NCBI GenBank assembly: GCA_050633245.1
Contig: JBOEGD010000001.1
Coordinates: 32,001 to 96,000, forward strand
Length of the DNA stretch: 64,000 bases
From: Calditrichia bacterium
GTDB lineage: Bacteria > Calditrichota > Calditrichia > RBG-13-44-9 > J075
Direction of reading: 5' to 3'
The translations under genes were made by a program, and so were the position numbers. Below the pieces are notes generated by a model that was given only the letters and a program-made list of their open reading frames with translations, was not told the DNA's origin and did not search any database. Every line of letters starts with the position of its first letter. The first letter of the stretch is position 1. Below, in pieces: positions 1-10,070 of this stretch.

Positions 1-956
1 AGTTTGGAATCTATCATCCCGATGAGTTCAGTATTCTTATTCAATCGCTCTTGATGGATTCGCAAAAGGAAAAACTGTATTCCAATCGCAGTCTGGACCT
101 TTCTTATAGCACCCGAGCTGGTGAAGAGTTGTTGCGTTATAGAGCGAATATCTATTTTGAACTCGGTGGTCTTGCCCTAAGTATGCGCGCAATTAACCCG
201 CAAATTCGCCCCTATGCCAGTTATAATTTCCATCCCAGTCTGGATCAGCTTCTTAGCTTGAAATACAGCAAGGAAGGTCTGGTTCTTATTACCGGTATTA
301 GTGGTGCCGGAAAGAGCACTACAATGGATGCGATAATAGATATGAATAATCGCACAGTTGATGGCCACATAGTTTTGATAGCTTCACCTGTCGAATTTAT
401 TCATCCATCTAAACGTTGTGTTGTTCGCCACCGTGAAGTTGGAGTGGATACAATTTCTTTCAAAAGTGGCGCGATCGAAGCACTCAGACAAGACCCGGAT
501 ATCGTTGTAATTGGTGAGATGCGTGATCCGGAAACAATTCTTTCTACTCTTGAGGCCGCGGATAGTGGACACAAAGTATTCTCGACGCTGCACACATCCT
601 CAGCTATTGAAAGCGTTGAGCGTATTGTTGGTGAAGTGCCTTCGGAGGAACAAAACCGCGTTCGTCATCGTCTTGCAGACACGCTTCGTTGCGTAATCTC
701 TCAGAAACTGGTTCCCAGTCTCGATGGAAAACGCGTGTTGGCACGAGAGATTATGATTGTGACGCCATCGGTGAGAAGTGCGATTAAGAATAATAATGCC
801 AATGAGATCTACCAGATGATTAATGAGGGAAACCGCGACGGTATGATCACTATGGAACAAGATCTAAAACGTCTTTACCTGGAACGACGCATTTCCCGGG
901 AAGATGTCTATAATTTTGCTAACAACAAGCGAAGAGTGCAGCAGCTTCTTCAATAA
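1..956 (+). CDS. pilT: Type IV pilus retraction ATPase PilT/PilU family (5'-truncated by window edge)
   Basis: Frame is open from position 3. Walker A GISGAGKST, ALRQDPD-IVVIGEMRD Walker B region, STLHT His box, GMITMEQDL C-terminal motif. Confidence 0.9.
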   Translation, partial: FGIYHPDEFSILIQSLLMDSQKEKLYSNRSLDLSYSTRAGEELLRYRANIYFELGGLALSMRAINPQIRPYASYNFHPSLDQLLSLKYSKEGLVLITGISGAGKSTTMDAIIDMNNRTVDGHIVLIASPVEFIHPSKRCVVRHREVGVDTISFKSGAIEALRQDPDIVVIGEMRDPETILSTLEAADSGHKVFSTLHTSSAIESVERIVGEVPSEEQNRVRHRLADTLRCVISQKLVPSLDGKRVLAREIMIVTPSVRSAIKNNNANEIYQMINEGNRDGMITMEQDLKRLYLERRISREDVYNFANNKRRVQQLLQ

Positions 957-974
957 GTTGAGGATTTTTGATTA

Positions 975-2540
975 ATGGCGACAAAACCCCGCTACAGCAT
1001 TGGCATTTTCGATGAGGGTACCGTTCTGCAGGTTGTATGCCTGTTGAAAAAGGGTAACGATATAAAAGTCGTCGATGCGGAAGTATATAAACTTGCCGGA
1101 CGTCTCGAGTCTGTCGATGTCGGTGAAGATTCCATTCTGCATCACGCAAGTGTGATGACAGATATGTCTGAACCGGTAGAGCTGAATAACGCTGCCGCCG
1201 CAAATGGCAGTATTCAGATTGATAATTATCCGGACAACCTGGCCGACCAGAATCTGTTTATCCTGCGCGAAATTTTGAGTAAGTATTCGCACAAGAAATA
1301 CAATATCGCAATCAGCCTTTCCGAACCTCAAATTTACTATACCACCTTCACTGAAGATTGGGGTATGGATGGCGATGAGCTGGCCGACAAAGTTATCGAA
1401 GAACTTTCCGTTTCGCATCCCAATCGCCAGCGTCTTAAAGATGATGACTTTGAACTGTTGCGCATGTCTGATGGAAGACTGCTTACCATCATTCGCGACT
1501 CTACGCTGAAGGTAATTAATCTTCTTGAAAGCGTACAAAAAGGCATTGTTAAGAAGATCTCGTTCCTTGAAAGCGCTGAAATTTCGCTGGTCAATCTTGT
1601 AAAAGAAATCTATCGCTTTAAGCGTGGGCAAATAAGTTTGATTGTGTACGTTGGTCGCGATTATAGTCGACTGATTTTTATGCGTGGTAATCTGATTTAC
1701 AGCATATCGCATTTAATCGAAGCGGGCCTCGATTCAGGGAATATTGCAAATACGATTTATAGCCGGGTTCTGCTGGAGCAAGATAATCTGCAGCTTCCGA
1801 AAATCAACAATGTGATCCTGTCCGGTGAAGCGCACGAGGCCAATCTTGCAGACTTCCTGCGCCGCAATCTTTCCGGAAATATTCATATCGAATATATCAA
1901 TTTTCAGAAGTTTGGTGTTCCCGGTATGGAGTCGGTGCTTTCGCGCTTTAGTGTGGCTATCGGGTCGGCACTTCGTGCTCTGGAGACGGAGAATGAATTT
2001 TTCTATGACGTCGATTTAATGCCGCAAAAGCTGCATGATAGTCGTAAAGGCGGACGCTTTGGCGCATTGGGTTGGGTTGCGATGATCTTTATTGCCATCA
2101 TGACCTGCTTCGCAACCATTAGCGCACATAAGCAGCTTTCTGAACTGGGCGATATCCAAAAGAAGAATGAGTTTCAGCAGGCTGAACTCGATGAGCTCAA
2201 TCGCGTGGAAGAACGAATTAACACCGAAAAAGCAAAGCTCACAAACTACGATAAAGCGCTGGTTATTATCGACTCACTCATGATTGGGGCAAATACCTGG
2301 AGTAACTTCCTGGCCGACCTTACCGAGACCACGCAGAGAATTGGTGGCATTTGGGTATCTGAAGTCAGCTTTGAGCCTCAAAAAAGCAAGGTGAAATTAA
2401 AGGGATATTCAACCGGACGAGAACGAATTCCGCAATTTTCCAAAGCCTTTAATGACGCTACGCTAAAGGTGGTAGAGGTTAAAGAAAGAGACGGAAAACG
2501 GCTCTATTCCTTTCATGTAGAAACAATTATAAATAAGTAA
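975..2540 (+). CDS. Type IV pilus assembly protein, apparent PilM-PilN fusion
   Basis: N-terminal actin-like PilM features (LIVYVGRDYSRLIF, NVILSGEA, FSVAIGSALR, VDLMP), then a TM helix, a coiled coil and a PilN-like domain (WSNFLADL..IWVSEV..VKLKGYS). Lies between pilT and the secretin. Confidence 0.7.
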   Translation: MATKPRYSIGIFDEGTVLQVVCLLKKGNDIKVVDAEVYKLAGRLESVDVGEDSILHHASVMTDMSEPVELNNAAAANGSIQIDNYPDNLADQNLFILREILSKYSHKKYNIAISLSEPQIYYTTFTEDWGMDGDELADKVIEELSVSHPNRQRLKDDDFELLRMSDGRLLTIIRDSTLKVINLLESVQKGIVKKISFLESAEISLVNLVKEIYRFKRGQISLIVYVGRDYSRLIFMRGNLIYSISHLIEAGLDSGNIANTIYSRVLLEQDNLQLPKINNVILSGEAHEANLADFLRRNLSGNIHIEYINFQKFGVPGMESVLSRFSVAIGSALRALETENEFFYDVDLMPQKLHDSRKGGRFGALGWVAMIFIAIMTCFATISAHKQLSELGDIQKKNEFQQAELDELNRVEERINTEKAKLTNYDKALVIIDSLMIGANTWSNFLADLTETTQRIGGIWVSEVSFEPQKSKVKLKGYSTGRERIPQFSKAFNDATLKVVEVKERDGKRLYSFHVETIINK

Positions 2541-2555
2541 ACGGGAGATGAACGC

Positions 2556-3482
2556 GTGTTTTCTGAAATGACACCAAAGGTTAAAAATGCCGTGATTACC
2601 GGTGCTGTTCTGTTGTTGGTTACGCTGATTTGCGGCTATCTGGTCCTTTTTTATCTCCCGGGCAGAATCGATAATGCGCACTCGTTAAATGAGTCGCTGA
2701 AAACGAAGATCTCGTCGCTTCGCGAAATCGGTAAGGAATATTACCACGTTCAGGAGCTGCTGCAGCAAAAAGAAGAAAAGCTGCTGGTAATGAATAAGGT
2801 GATTAACAGTGAGGTTACACCCGCTGATACCTATGAATATCTAAACTCACTTCTCGATTATTCCGGATTTGTGGATTTCGATATGCGATTTCAGGGAAGC
2901 AAAGATTTACAAAGCTATGGCTATAATGTGTATCAGATCAAAGGCCAGGGAGATTTTGATCGTATCTATAAGTTCATCAGCTATATCGAACGAGGACCGC
3001 AGATATATCGCATTAAGAAAATGAGCCTGCGTGCCCGCAATGCCGACAAGTTTGTTGGCGAGGAACCGGAGATACCGTTTAACATGCAGGTTTGGGCATA
3101 TTATGCCAATCTGGAAGATCTTCCTGCGCCACGTATTAGTCTGGACGGCGTAACAATTGATCAGATTAAGAATCCGTTCAGCGCTTCAATGGCCGGTGTG
3201 CAAATAGCGCCGAGAAAGCGCAAACGCTCGGGGAACACCTCTCGAACACGACAGGCTCCCAAGGCTCCGGCTAACCCAAGAGGTTTGGTGGAAGTTGGTA
3301 AAGCCAAATTGAAGGCTGTTATGTTGGGTCGGGCGATGATTGAAGATCACAAGGGAAAAACGCATATGCTTCGTGAGGGTGATGAGGTGTTTTTGGGGGC
3401 AATTTCAAAAATCGACCAGACAAATAACAGGGTCGAAATTAAACTCAATGACGGCAGTAGTCACGTTCTGACTATGTATTAA
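2556..3482 (+). CDS. Type IV pilus assembly protein, apparent PilO-PilP fusion
   Basis: N-terminal TM and coiled coil, PilO-like YQIKGQGDFDRIYKFISYIE, then NPF and a PilP/GspC-HR-like C-terminus (LKAVM..RAMIED..GKTHMLREGDEV..GAISKI). Confidence 0.65.
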   Translation: MFSEMTPKVKNAVITGAVLLLVTLICGYLVLFYLPGRIDNAHSLNESLKTKISSLREIGKEYYHVQELLQQKEEKLLVMNKVINSEVTPADTYEYLNSLLDYSGFVDFDMRFQGSKDLQSYGYNVYQIKGQGDFDRIYKFISYIERGPQIYRIKKMSLRARNADKFVGEEPEIPFNMQVWAYYANLEDLPAPRISLDGVTIDQIKNPFSASMAGVQIAPRKRKRSGNTSRTRQAPKAPANPRGLVEVGKAKLKAVMLGRAMIEDHKGKTHMLREGDEVFLGAISKIDQTNNRVEIKLNDGSSHVLTMY

Positions 3483-3520
3483 GAAAGTCGTATTAACGCG
3501 CAATAGCAGAGAGTATCGCA

Positions 3521-4789
3521 ATGACACGTAAAGTACTGGTAGTTTTGATAGGTTTATTCTTGTTGATCTGCTCGCAAGGAGTTTGGGCGCAAAGTAATGA
3601 AAAAACTGTGCTTAGAAAAGCATATGCCAAGCCCGAAGAAATAGTCTCTTTCTCACGTTCAACGTCATTCAGACAGGTCATGCTTATCTTGAATGAGCTG
3701 AGCCAGAAGTTTATGGGCAAGGTTATTATTGATCCGGAAAATCGCAATGAAGCAATTGATGTCGATATCGATAAGATGCATTGGCTGACGGCTCTGGAAC
3801 TTATTCTTCGTACGAAAGGATTATGGTATGAAGAAAAACCGACCTACCTGCAAATTTTTGCAGTAAAGGATGGACCACAAAAGCAGGAACTAAGCAAGGA
3901 TGTTATTGCTGCTAAAGAGAAGTATGATTCGCGTGAAGTAATTATTTCAGCCTTATTTTTTGAGGCTGATGATACCAAGCTACGCCAGGCTGGAATGAGC
4001 TGGAATTTCACGCGAAATGATGATTTAAAGCCTACTATTATCAATCGCAGTGTCGATGAAACGGGTGGACTGTTTGAGTTTATGGTCGAACCATCCGGTA
4101 GCTTTGGTGAGTTGACAGCTGTTTTTAAAGCACTGGAAACCGACCAGGTGGGTGAAGTTGTTGCGAATCCGCAAGTTACTGTTCGCTCTGGTGAAGAAGG
4201 TCGTATTCAGGTTGGTAGCGATATCTCGGTAACCCTTCAGGATTTTGCCGGTAATGCAGTTACACAGTTCTTCTCAACAGGATCGATTATTAAGGTCGAG
4301 CCTGAGGTTGTTGTATATGATTCAATTGAGTTTATTCATATCGATCTGGAAATTGAGCGAAGTAGTTCTTCTTCCGGCGATGCGGGTATTGAAATTGCGA
4401 AGTCTCGTGCGGAAACGACTGTTATGCTGCTCGATGGGGAAGAAACACTGATTGGTGGACTCTTTATCAACGAAGAGGCAAACGAGCGAAGTGGAGTGCC
4501 ATTTTTAAAAGACCTGCCCTGGTGGTTCTTTGGCTTGCGTTATGTTTTCGGCTTTGAAAGGCAGAATCGAATTAAAAAAGAACTGCTGATTCTTATTAAG
4601 GCAGAGATGCTGCCTACAATTAAGGAACGTTTCGAACAAAAGCTACGTGGTGCTAAGCAGCGAAAAGTTCTTACTGAGGAACGTCGTAAGGGGCGCAAGC
4701 AGTTTGAAGAATATCAGCAGCAGAAGAAAAATGGTGAAAAGGATGCCAGTCCGCTTAAACGGAACACTGTTCCAAGGCGTCGTAAATAA
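3521..4789 (+). CDS. pilQ: Type IV pilus / T2SS secretin (PilQ-like, short form)
   Basis: Signal peptide; secretin motifs VVANPQVTVRSGEEGRIQVG, DGEETLIGGL, SGVPFLKDLP, ELLILI. Confidence 0.85.
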   Translation: MTRKVLVVLIGLFLLICSQGVWAQSNEKTVLRKAYAKPEEIVSFSRSTSFRQVMLILNELSQKFMGKVIIDPENRNEAIDVDIDKMHWLTALELILRTKGLWYEEKPTYLQIFAVKDGPQKQELSKDVIAAKEKYDSREVIISALFFEADDTKLRQAGMSWNFTRNDDLKPTIINRSVDETGGLFEFMVEPSGSFGELTAVFKALETDQVGEVVANPQVTVRSGEEGRIQVGSDISVTLQDFAGNAVTQFFSTGSIIKVEPEVVVYDSIEFIHIDLEIERSSSSSGDAGIEIAKSRAETTVMLLDGEETLIGGLFINEEANERSGVPFLKDLPWWFFGLRYVFGFERQNRIKKELLILIKAEMLPTIKERFEQKLRGAKQRKVLTEERRKGRKQFEEYQQQKKNGEKDASPLKRNTVPRRRK

Positions 4790-5075
4790 GAGTAATCTTT
4801 TGCTTTAAAGTAATGACAAGACTTACCGGGCAAGGCGCAATGTGGCGTCTTGCCAGTATACTTTTTTGACAATCTCTCCAGTGTATGGCAATCGTCTGGT
4901 TGTATTACGTTGATCCCACTCTAAATTTAGCAAGACTCGTTGTTGCGCAAAAAGGCGTAATGCCGAGTAAGTTTTTCCACTTGCCTATAAGTAGTGGGAT
5001 AAATTTATTCGATAAGTCATTTTTCTACAACCGAATGTCGAAGATTATACTGAAGACAAACAAAAGGATTTTGTT

Positions 5076-5513
5076 ATGGGACAGCAACAGCTTTTATTAA
5101 TCGTGCTTACAGTGATAGTGGTAGGTATTAGCGTTGCGGTAGGGATACAGGTGTTCAGAGGAAGTGCACAGGAATCAAATCGCGGTAACCTCATCTCGTA
5201 CTGCGTTACCCATGCTTCTCGGGCACAGCTCTATTTCCGAACGTCACGTGAGTTTGGTGGCGGTGCACAGAATTTTGATAAGTTTCACCTTAGTCCATAC
5301 GATACATCTAATGGATATGGGGCATATAGTGTCACAACAACTGTGCCGAGCGGGACTTCCCCCGTTCCCGGAAACGTGGCAGAGGTTACTGGTAGTTCCG
5401 GGACAATTTATGTTGTTGGAACTGGAATTGAAACAGGGGATGACGGGTCAAATCCGGTAAAGGCTTATGTGCGGGTAACTTCGGATAGCTTGCAAACAAT
5501 TGTTTTAAACTAA
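5076..5513 (+). CDS. Pilin-like protein with MGQQQLLLIV N-terminus
   Basis: Hydrophobic N-terminal helix right after MG, small globular C-terminal part, located directly after pilQ; AAGGA RBS upstream. Confidence 0.65.
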   Translation: MGQQQLLLIVLTVIVVGISVAVGIQVFRGSAQESNRGNLISYCVTHASRAQLYFRTSREFGGGAQNFDKFHLSPYDTSNGYGAYSVTTTVPSGTSPVPGNVAEVTGSSGTIYVVGTGIETGDDGSNPVKAYVRVTSDSLQTIVLN

Positions 5514-5553
5514 TGAATTGCGCCGGAGATAAGCTTTCCGGCGCAATTCATTA
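5511..5553. terminator. Perfect 17-bp hairpin between convergent genes, probably a bidirectional terminator
   Basis: TAATGAATTGCGCCGGA (5511-5527) / TCCGGCGCAATTCATTA (5537-5553), 9-nt loop. Confidence 0.75.
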
Positions 5554-5925
5554 CTATAGAGTGGCTCGCAGCTCGAAAGAAAGTCGTTTATTAGACTCAC
5601 TAAAACCGCTTTCCAACGAAATACCTTCAAACAAGTTCAGGTTGTTGAGTTGATATAAGTAGTTCTGCAGCATAATTGAAGCCCGCCTCGAACCACCTTC
5701 CGATATCTCGCCAACTATATTTACCGTATAACCTTTTCCATTAACAAGCGCTTTATTGTTGATTTCCTCTCCATTTGCTTTTTGAAACTGCATTTGTTTC
5801 AGCCGGATTGTCGATGGCGTTACAAAATTGAACAAATCGAGAACTTCCAACATTATCGGTCTTTTAAGATCCCTTTTGGGTTGTTCTGATACAGTCATTT
5901 CCTTGCTTCCATACAAGACTTCCAT
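5554..5925 (-). CDS. Stand-alone PilN/GspL-like domain protein without TM
   Basis: GGGAG RBS. Pattern LDLFNFVTPSTIRLKQM..VNIVGE..YLYQLNNLNLFEGISL..LSFELRA resembles the PilN ferredoxin-like fold. Confidence 0.55.
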   Translation of the reverse strand: MEVLYGSKEMTVSEQPKRDLKRPIMLEVLDLFNFVTPSTIRLKQMQFQKANGEEINNKALVNGKGYTVNIVGEISEGGSRRASIMLQNYLYQLNNLNLFEGISLESGFSESNKRLSFELRATL

Positions 5926-5988
5926 GTTACGACTCCCTTTATTAGATTCTTACTCTTCGTAAATCCCTATACTATTTTTAAAGCGAAC

Positions 5989-6918
5989 TTGAATATGTTA
6001 AAAAAAATAGAACGATTTAAGCTATTGCCTGTAAAGTCTGAGCGACTTGATGCACTGCTTCCTGCAATGCTTCCGGAATACTCCAGACGTTTTTTGCGCG
6101 CTCTTATCCTCCAGGGTGGAGTATATGTCGATAAAAAGCGCGTTCGCAAACAGGGCTATATGGTTAGAGCGAATCGCTCGGTTCATATAAAGATCTATAT
6201 TTTTGATGGTTCAACGATTGAGGCGCTTGCTAAAAAAGTTCTTTGGCAAGACACAATCCTGCACCAGGCAAATTCATTTGTTGCAGTTAATAAACCCTCC
6301 GGTATTCCAACAGCTCCAACTGAATCCTCATCTGTTCATAATCTTTATGCTTACCTCAACCGCTCGAAATTAGTACCGCCAACTGCATTTCCCGGCAACC
6401 GCTTGGATCGTTACACGAGTGGAGTGGTTATTATTCCACTAACCCGAAGATTTTCTGCAAAGCTCAATGAGCAACTTGCTAATCGTTCTATTCCCAAAAA
6501 ATACCTTGCACTGGTATCCGGATTACCTGAGAAAAATGAGTGGAAGATCGAAGGTTATATGAGCCGTTCGCAGCACGGAAAAATGATTCTACGTGCAGAT
6601 AAAAGGCACAATGCCCGATATTCCTGCAGCAGATTCTCAGTGCTGGCAACGAACCGTGAAAAAGAAGTTACATTAGTTGCTGCGATGCCTGAAACGGGAC
6701 GAACCCATCAGATTCGGGTTCATCTTCTTGAGAGTGGCCTGCCGATAATAGGGGATTCTCAGTATGGAAAGCGAAGATCGCTATCGATCGATGCCAGCCG
6801 GATGATGTTGCATTGCTATCAAATGGATCTAGCAGGTGTTGAAGAAGCCAACACCTTGATTGTAACTGAAATACCAGAGGAATTTACACGAATATTTAAC
6901 TCTGACATTAGTTTATAA
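5989..6918 (+). CDS. RluA/RluD-family RNA pseudouridine synthase with S4 domain
   Basis: S4-like RLDALL..SRR; VNKPSG; RLDRYTSG (catalytic Asp); TGRTHQIRVH; PIIGDSQYG; LH motif. Confidence 0.92.
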   Translation: MNMLKKIERFKLLPVKSERLDALLPAMLPEYSRRFLRALILQGGVYVDKKRVRKQGYMVRANRSVHIKIYIFDGSTIEALAKKVLWQDTILHQANSFVAVNKPSGIPTAPTESSSVHNLYAYLNRSKLVPPTAFPGNRLDRYTSGVVIIPLTRRFSAKLNEQLANRSIPKKYLALVSGLPEKNEWKIEGYMSRSQHGKMILRADKRHNARYSCSRFSVLATNREKEVTLVAAMPETGRTHQIRVHLLESGLPIIGDSQYGKRRSLSIDASRMMLHCYQMDLAGVEEANTLIVTEIPEEFTRIFNSDISL

Positions 6919-6982
6919 TCGGTCGGTAGGAGACGAACTTAAATGAGAATGAATATTTTTAGCAAATAATATGGTTTTAATC

Positions 6983-8380
6983 TCAGGAATTCTTTTTCTG
7001 CAAACGAACAGCATATGAGCCGTCGATATTGTGACGATGCGGGAAAGTTCTCAATGTGTAATTGTCCCATACGAATATTTCTGCCGGGAAATCGCTAACA
7101 GGTGTTGCAGTAAACTGCGAGTGGTTCGCGAGGAACTGTTCAACTACCCGCTCATTTTCGTCAGGGTCGATTGTGCAGGTGCTATAAACCAGAACGCCAT
7201 TGGGCTTTAGCAGCTCAGAGGCTTTTGCAAGGAGTTTTATTTGAAGCTCCTTCATTTCTTTTATATCCTCGATAGTGCGTTTCCAGCGCAAATCTACCCG
7301 CTTATTCAACACGCCAAACCCAGAGCATGGAGCATCTAGCAGAATACGATCGAAGCCTTCTGAGTCTTCGAACTTCAGGGCATTTACAACTTTGGTGTCT
7401 ACATTGGTAACACCAAGTCGGCTTAAATTCTCGCGCATGACAGCTGCACGCGCCTCATGTTTCTCAAGTGCTACAATACGTCCCGTATTATTCATTTTCT
7501 CTGCTATGTAGCCACATTTCCCACCCGGTGCAGCACACATGTCAAGAACCCGTTCACCGGGCTGTGGATCCAGCAAGTGAACCGGTATTCCGGTGCTGAT
7601 GTCCTGGACAGAGACGGCGCCGGATTGAATAAGCCCAAGTTTACGGAAATCGGAAAAATTTTCGATTCGATAAAAACCAGGCAATTCACCATTGTCCTGA
7701 AAGCCTATATCATTTTCTGTAAGCTGATTGACAAGACCAGGTATATCAGACTTTAAGTGATTTACCCTGACCGTCAGGAGCGGGCGGGAATTATTCGACT
7801 TGCATAAAGCAACCGTCTCATCTATTCCCCACTGTTCTATCCAGCGTTGGATCAGCCACTCGGGATGGCTATAGGTCACAGACATGCGTTCCATAAACTC
7901 GAGATTGAGCTCTGCATATTGTAGTTTCTTTTCTTGCCTGAGATAGTTCCGCAAGATGGCATTAACCAGATTTGCTGTTTTCTGATTAAACCGTTTCTTA
8001 GAAATTTCAACTGCTTCGTTTAGAACAGCATAGGGAGGAATGCGGTCGAGGAACATTAATTGGTATGCAGATGAACGCAGATTGTTTTTTACGTCGGGAA
8101 TCAGATTGTTATATTCTCCGACATAGAGCTGCTTCAAATACCAGTCTAGCCGATATTGCCAACGCAATACACCATTAACGGTTTCTGTTATCAACCGCTT
8201 ATCAGGATCGTTAAAAGAGTTCAACTCTTTCTCCAGAAGGCGGTCGGTATAGGACTGCCGTGTTTCTACCCGAGTTAATATCTCAATAATGCGAGTTCGG
8301 GCATTAATCTGAGAGTCAAAATCCTTGCCTGTTTTTGGATCCTTAGAAGAAAGAGGGTCTTTCGTTTTTTGCTTAGTCAT
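6983..8380 (-). CDS. rsmB: 16S rRNA m5C967 methyltransferase RsmB (NusB-like + SAM MTase)
   Basis: NusB-like N-terminus (YAVLNEAVEI, LVNAILR), SHPEWL, DMCAAPGGK, DAPCSG, YSTCT. Confidence 0.93.
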   Translation of the reverse strand: MTKQKTKDPLSSKDPKTGKDFDSQINARTRIIEILTRVETRQSYTDRLLEKELNSFNDPDKRLITETVNGVLRWQYRLDWYLKQLYVGEYNNLIPDVKNNLRSSAYQLMFLDRIPPYAVLNEAVEISKKRFNQKTANLVNAILRNYLRQEKKLQYAELNLEFMERMSVTYSHPEWLIQRWIEQWGIDETVALCKSNNSRPLLTVRVNHLKSDIPGLVNQLTENDIGFQDNGELPGFYRIENFSDFRKLGLIQSGAVSVQDISTGIPVHLLDPQPGERVLDMCAAPGGKCGYIAEKMNNTGRIVALEKHEARAAVMRENLSRLGVTNVDTKVVNALKFEDSEGFDRILLDAPCSGFGVLNKRVDLRWKRTIEDIKEMKELQIKLLAKASELLKPNGVLVYSTCTIDPDENERVVEQFLANHSQFTATPVSDFPAEIFVWDNYTLRTFPHRHNIDGSYAVRLQKKNS

Positions 8381-8540
8381 GTCTCTGTCAAAAAGGCTTT
8401 TTGGCTATTGGGTTAGCAGATCATTAATGATCTCAATAAATATAGCAAAAATTTGAAGAGAGTAAACCTGTTTTTAAGGAATTATTTTTTTAAGACTTAA
8501 GTCCAATAAAATCGCTTAATGGGCGTTTTGGGGAGGGGGA

Positions 8541-8568
8541 ATTTTCGGGGCCGCTTTGCCCCGAAAAT
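8541..8568. terminator. Hairpin just downstream of gltA
   Basis: ATTTTCGGGGC / GCCCCGAAAAT arms. No clear U-tract after the stem on the minus strand, so terminator function is uncertain. Confidence 0.45.
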
Positions 8569-8578
8569 CACTACGTTC

Positions 8579-9925
8579 TTAGGTTCTGTCGCTCAGGTTT
8601 TGATACGTTGCGGCTGTCGCAACACTCTTATAGCCGGGGCGAATAATTCTACCACCATTGATGATCTCATCAATTCGGTGTGAAGACCAGCCAACAACAC
8701 GAGCCATTGCAAATAGCGGTGTATAAATTTCAACCGGGAATTTCATCATATCATAAACGAAGCCTGAGAAAAAATCAACATTTGGCGAAATAACCTTTGT
8801 CGATTTTTTGATATCGCTAAAAAGGCCGGGCGTTAATTTCTCGATTGTAAGATATAAATTAAACTCATCCATTCGTCCGGTATCTTCAGCGAGTTGTTTC
8901 GCCTTCTTTTTAAGTACAACAGCACGTGGGTCGGATTTAGTATAGACTGCGTGACCCATTCCATATACAAGTCCGCTTTTATTATGAGCTTCTTTGCGAA
9001 TAATTTTAGCAAGATAGTCACTTACCTGGCCTTCATTACCCCAGTCCTTCACGTTGGACTTTATGTTATCCATCATATACATAACGTTGGAGTTTGCTGC
9101 ACCGTGCAGCGGACCTTTCAAAGCCCCGGTTGCCGCAGCAATAGCGCTGTAGGTATCGGTAAGGCTCGAACTAACAACGTGAGAAGTAAAAGACGAGTTG
9201 TTTCCGCCACCGTGTTCAGCATGCAGGATTAAAGCAAGATCAAGAATTTCCGCTTCCAGAGATGTGAACTGACTGTCCGGTCGTAGCATGTGCAGGAAAT
9301 TTTCTGCAATGTCGTATCCTTCTTTCGGCGGGTTAATGAAAAGGGATTCATCATTGTATTTATTTCGCATTGCGCGAAATGAGTAAGCAATAATCGCCGG
9401 AAACTTTGCGATTAACTCCATGCTTTGACGGATCAGGTTCTCAATATCTGTCGCGTCAGGATTTTCATCAAGAGTATAAAGCATCAGGGTCATACGCTGT
9501 AACGCGTTCATAACGTTTGCGCTGGTATACTGCAAAATTCCGGTGCCCACGAGACGTCGTGGAACGGCCATCATAGGATAAAGTGCGTTTTCGAATTCCT
9601 TTAGCTCGGCAGCCGTTGGCAGTTCACCGAAAAGTAAAAGATGGCTCACTTCAGCAAAGCCGTGGCGACCGTCGTTCTGAAATCCTGCAACCAATTCCTG
9701 TATATCAATTCCACGATACGAAAGCCTCCCATCTACAGGAACCAGTTTGTCATCGACTTTTTCCGACCCGATAACGCCTGAAATTCTGGTTAATCCGGCT
9801 AATACACCCGAACCATTTGCGTTACGTAATCCGCGCTTTACATCCAACTCGGTGTATAGCTCGCGGTCAATTTTGTTGTTTTCTATTACCTTCTCTGCTG
9901 CACGGTTGACGAAATTGCTGCTCAT
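8579..9925 (-). CDS. gltA: Citrate synthase
   Basis: LHAEHGGGNNSSF, GPLHGAAN, YGMGHAVY-KSDPRA, PNVDFFSG, ARVVGW motifs. Confidence 0.95.
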   Translation of the reverse strand: MSSNFVNRAAEKVIENNKIDRELYTELDVKRGLRNANGSGVLAGLTRISGVIGSEKVDDKLVPVDGRLSYRGIDIQELVAGFQNDGRHGFAEVSHLLLFGELPTAAELKEFENALYPMMAVPRRLVGTGILQYTSANVMNALQRMTLMLYTLDENPDATDIENLIRQSMELIAKFPAIIAYSFRAMRNKYNDESLFINPPKEGYDIAENFLHMLRPDSQFTSLEAEILDLALILHAEHGGGNNSSFTSHVVSSSLTDTYSAIAAATGALKGPLHGAANSNVMYMMDNIKSNVKDWGNEGQVSDYLAKIIRKEAHNKSGLVYGMGHAVYTKSDPRAVVLKKKAKQLAEDTGRMDEFNLYLTIEKLTPGLFSDIKKSTKVISPNVDFFSGFVYDMMKFPVEIYTPLFAMARVVGWSSHRIDEIINGGRIIRPGYKSVATAATYQNLSDRT

Positions 9926-10070
9926 ACGTACCTTTTCCTCTTCAGTTTTTAGCGTCGGTGGCCTGAATTTAACAAGCAGATCAAACTAGCGTATGCAGAA
10001 CACCCCCTCTTACGTTGATTGTAATGTAACTACTCAACAAAAAATTTGCCAGTAACGTTTCAAATAAAAA

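Noticed and set aside
4885-5100. 71-aa ORF between pilQ and the pilin-like gene
   Set aside because: No RBS or recognisable features, and it overlaps the pilin start; more likely promoter region.
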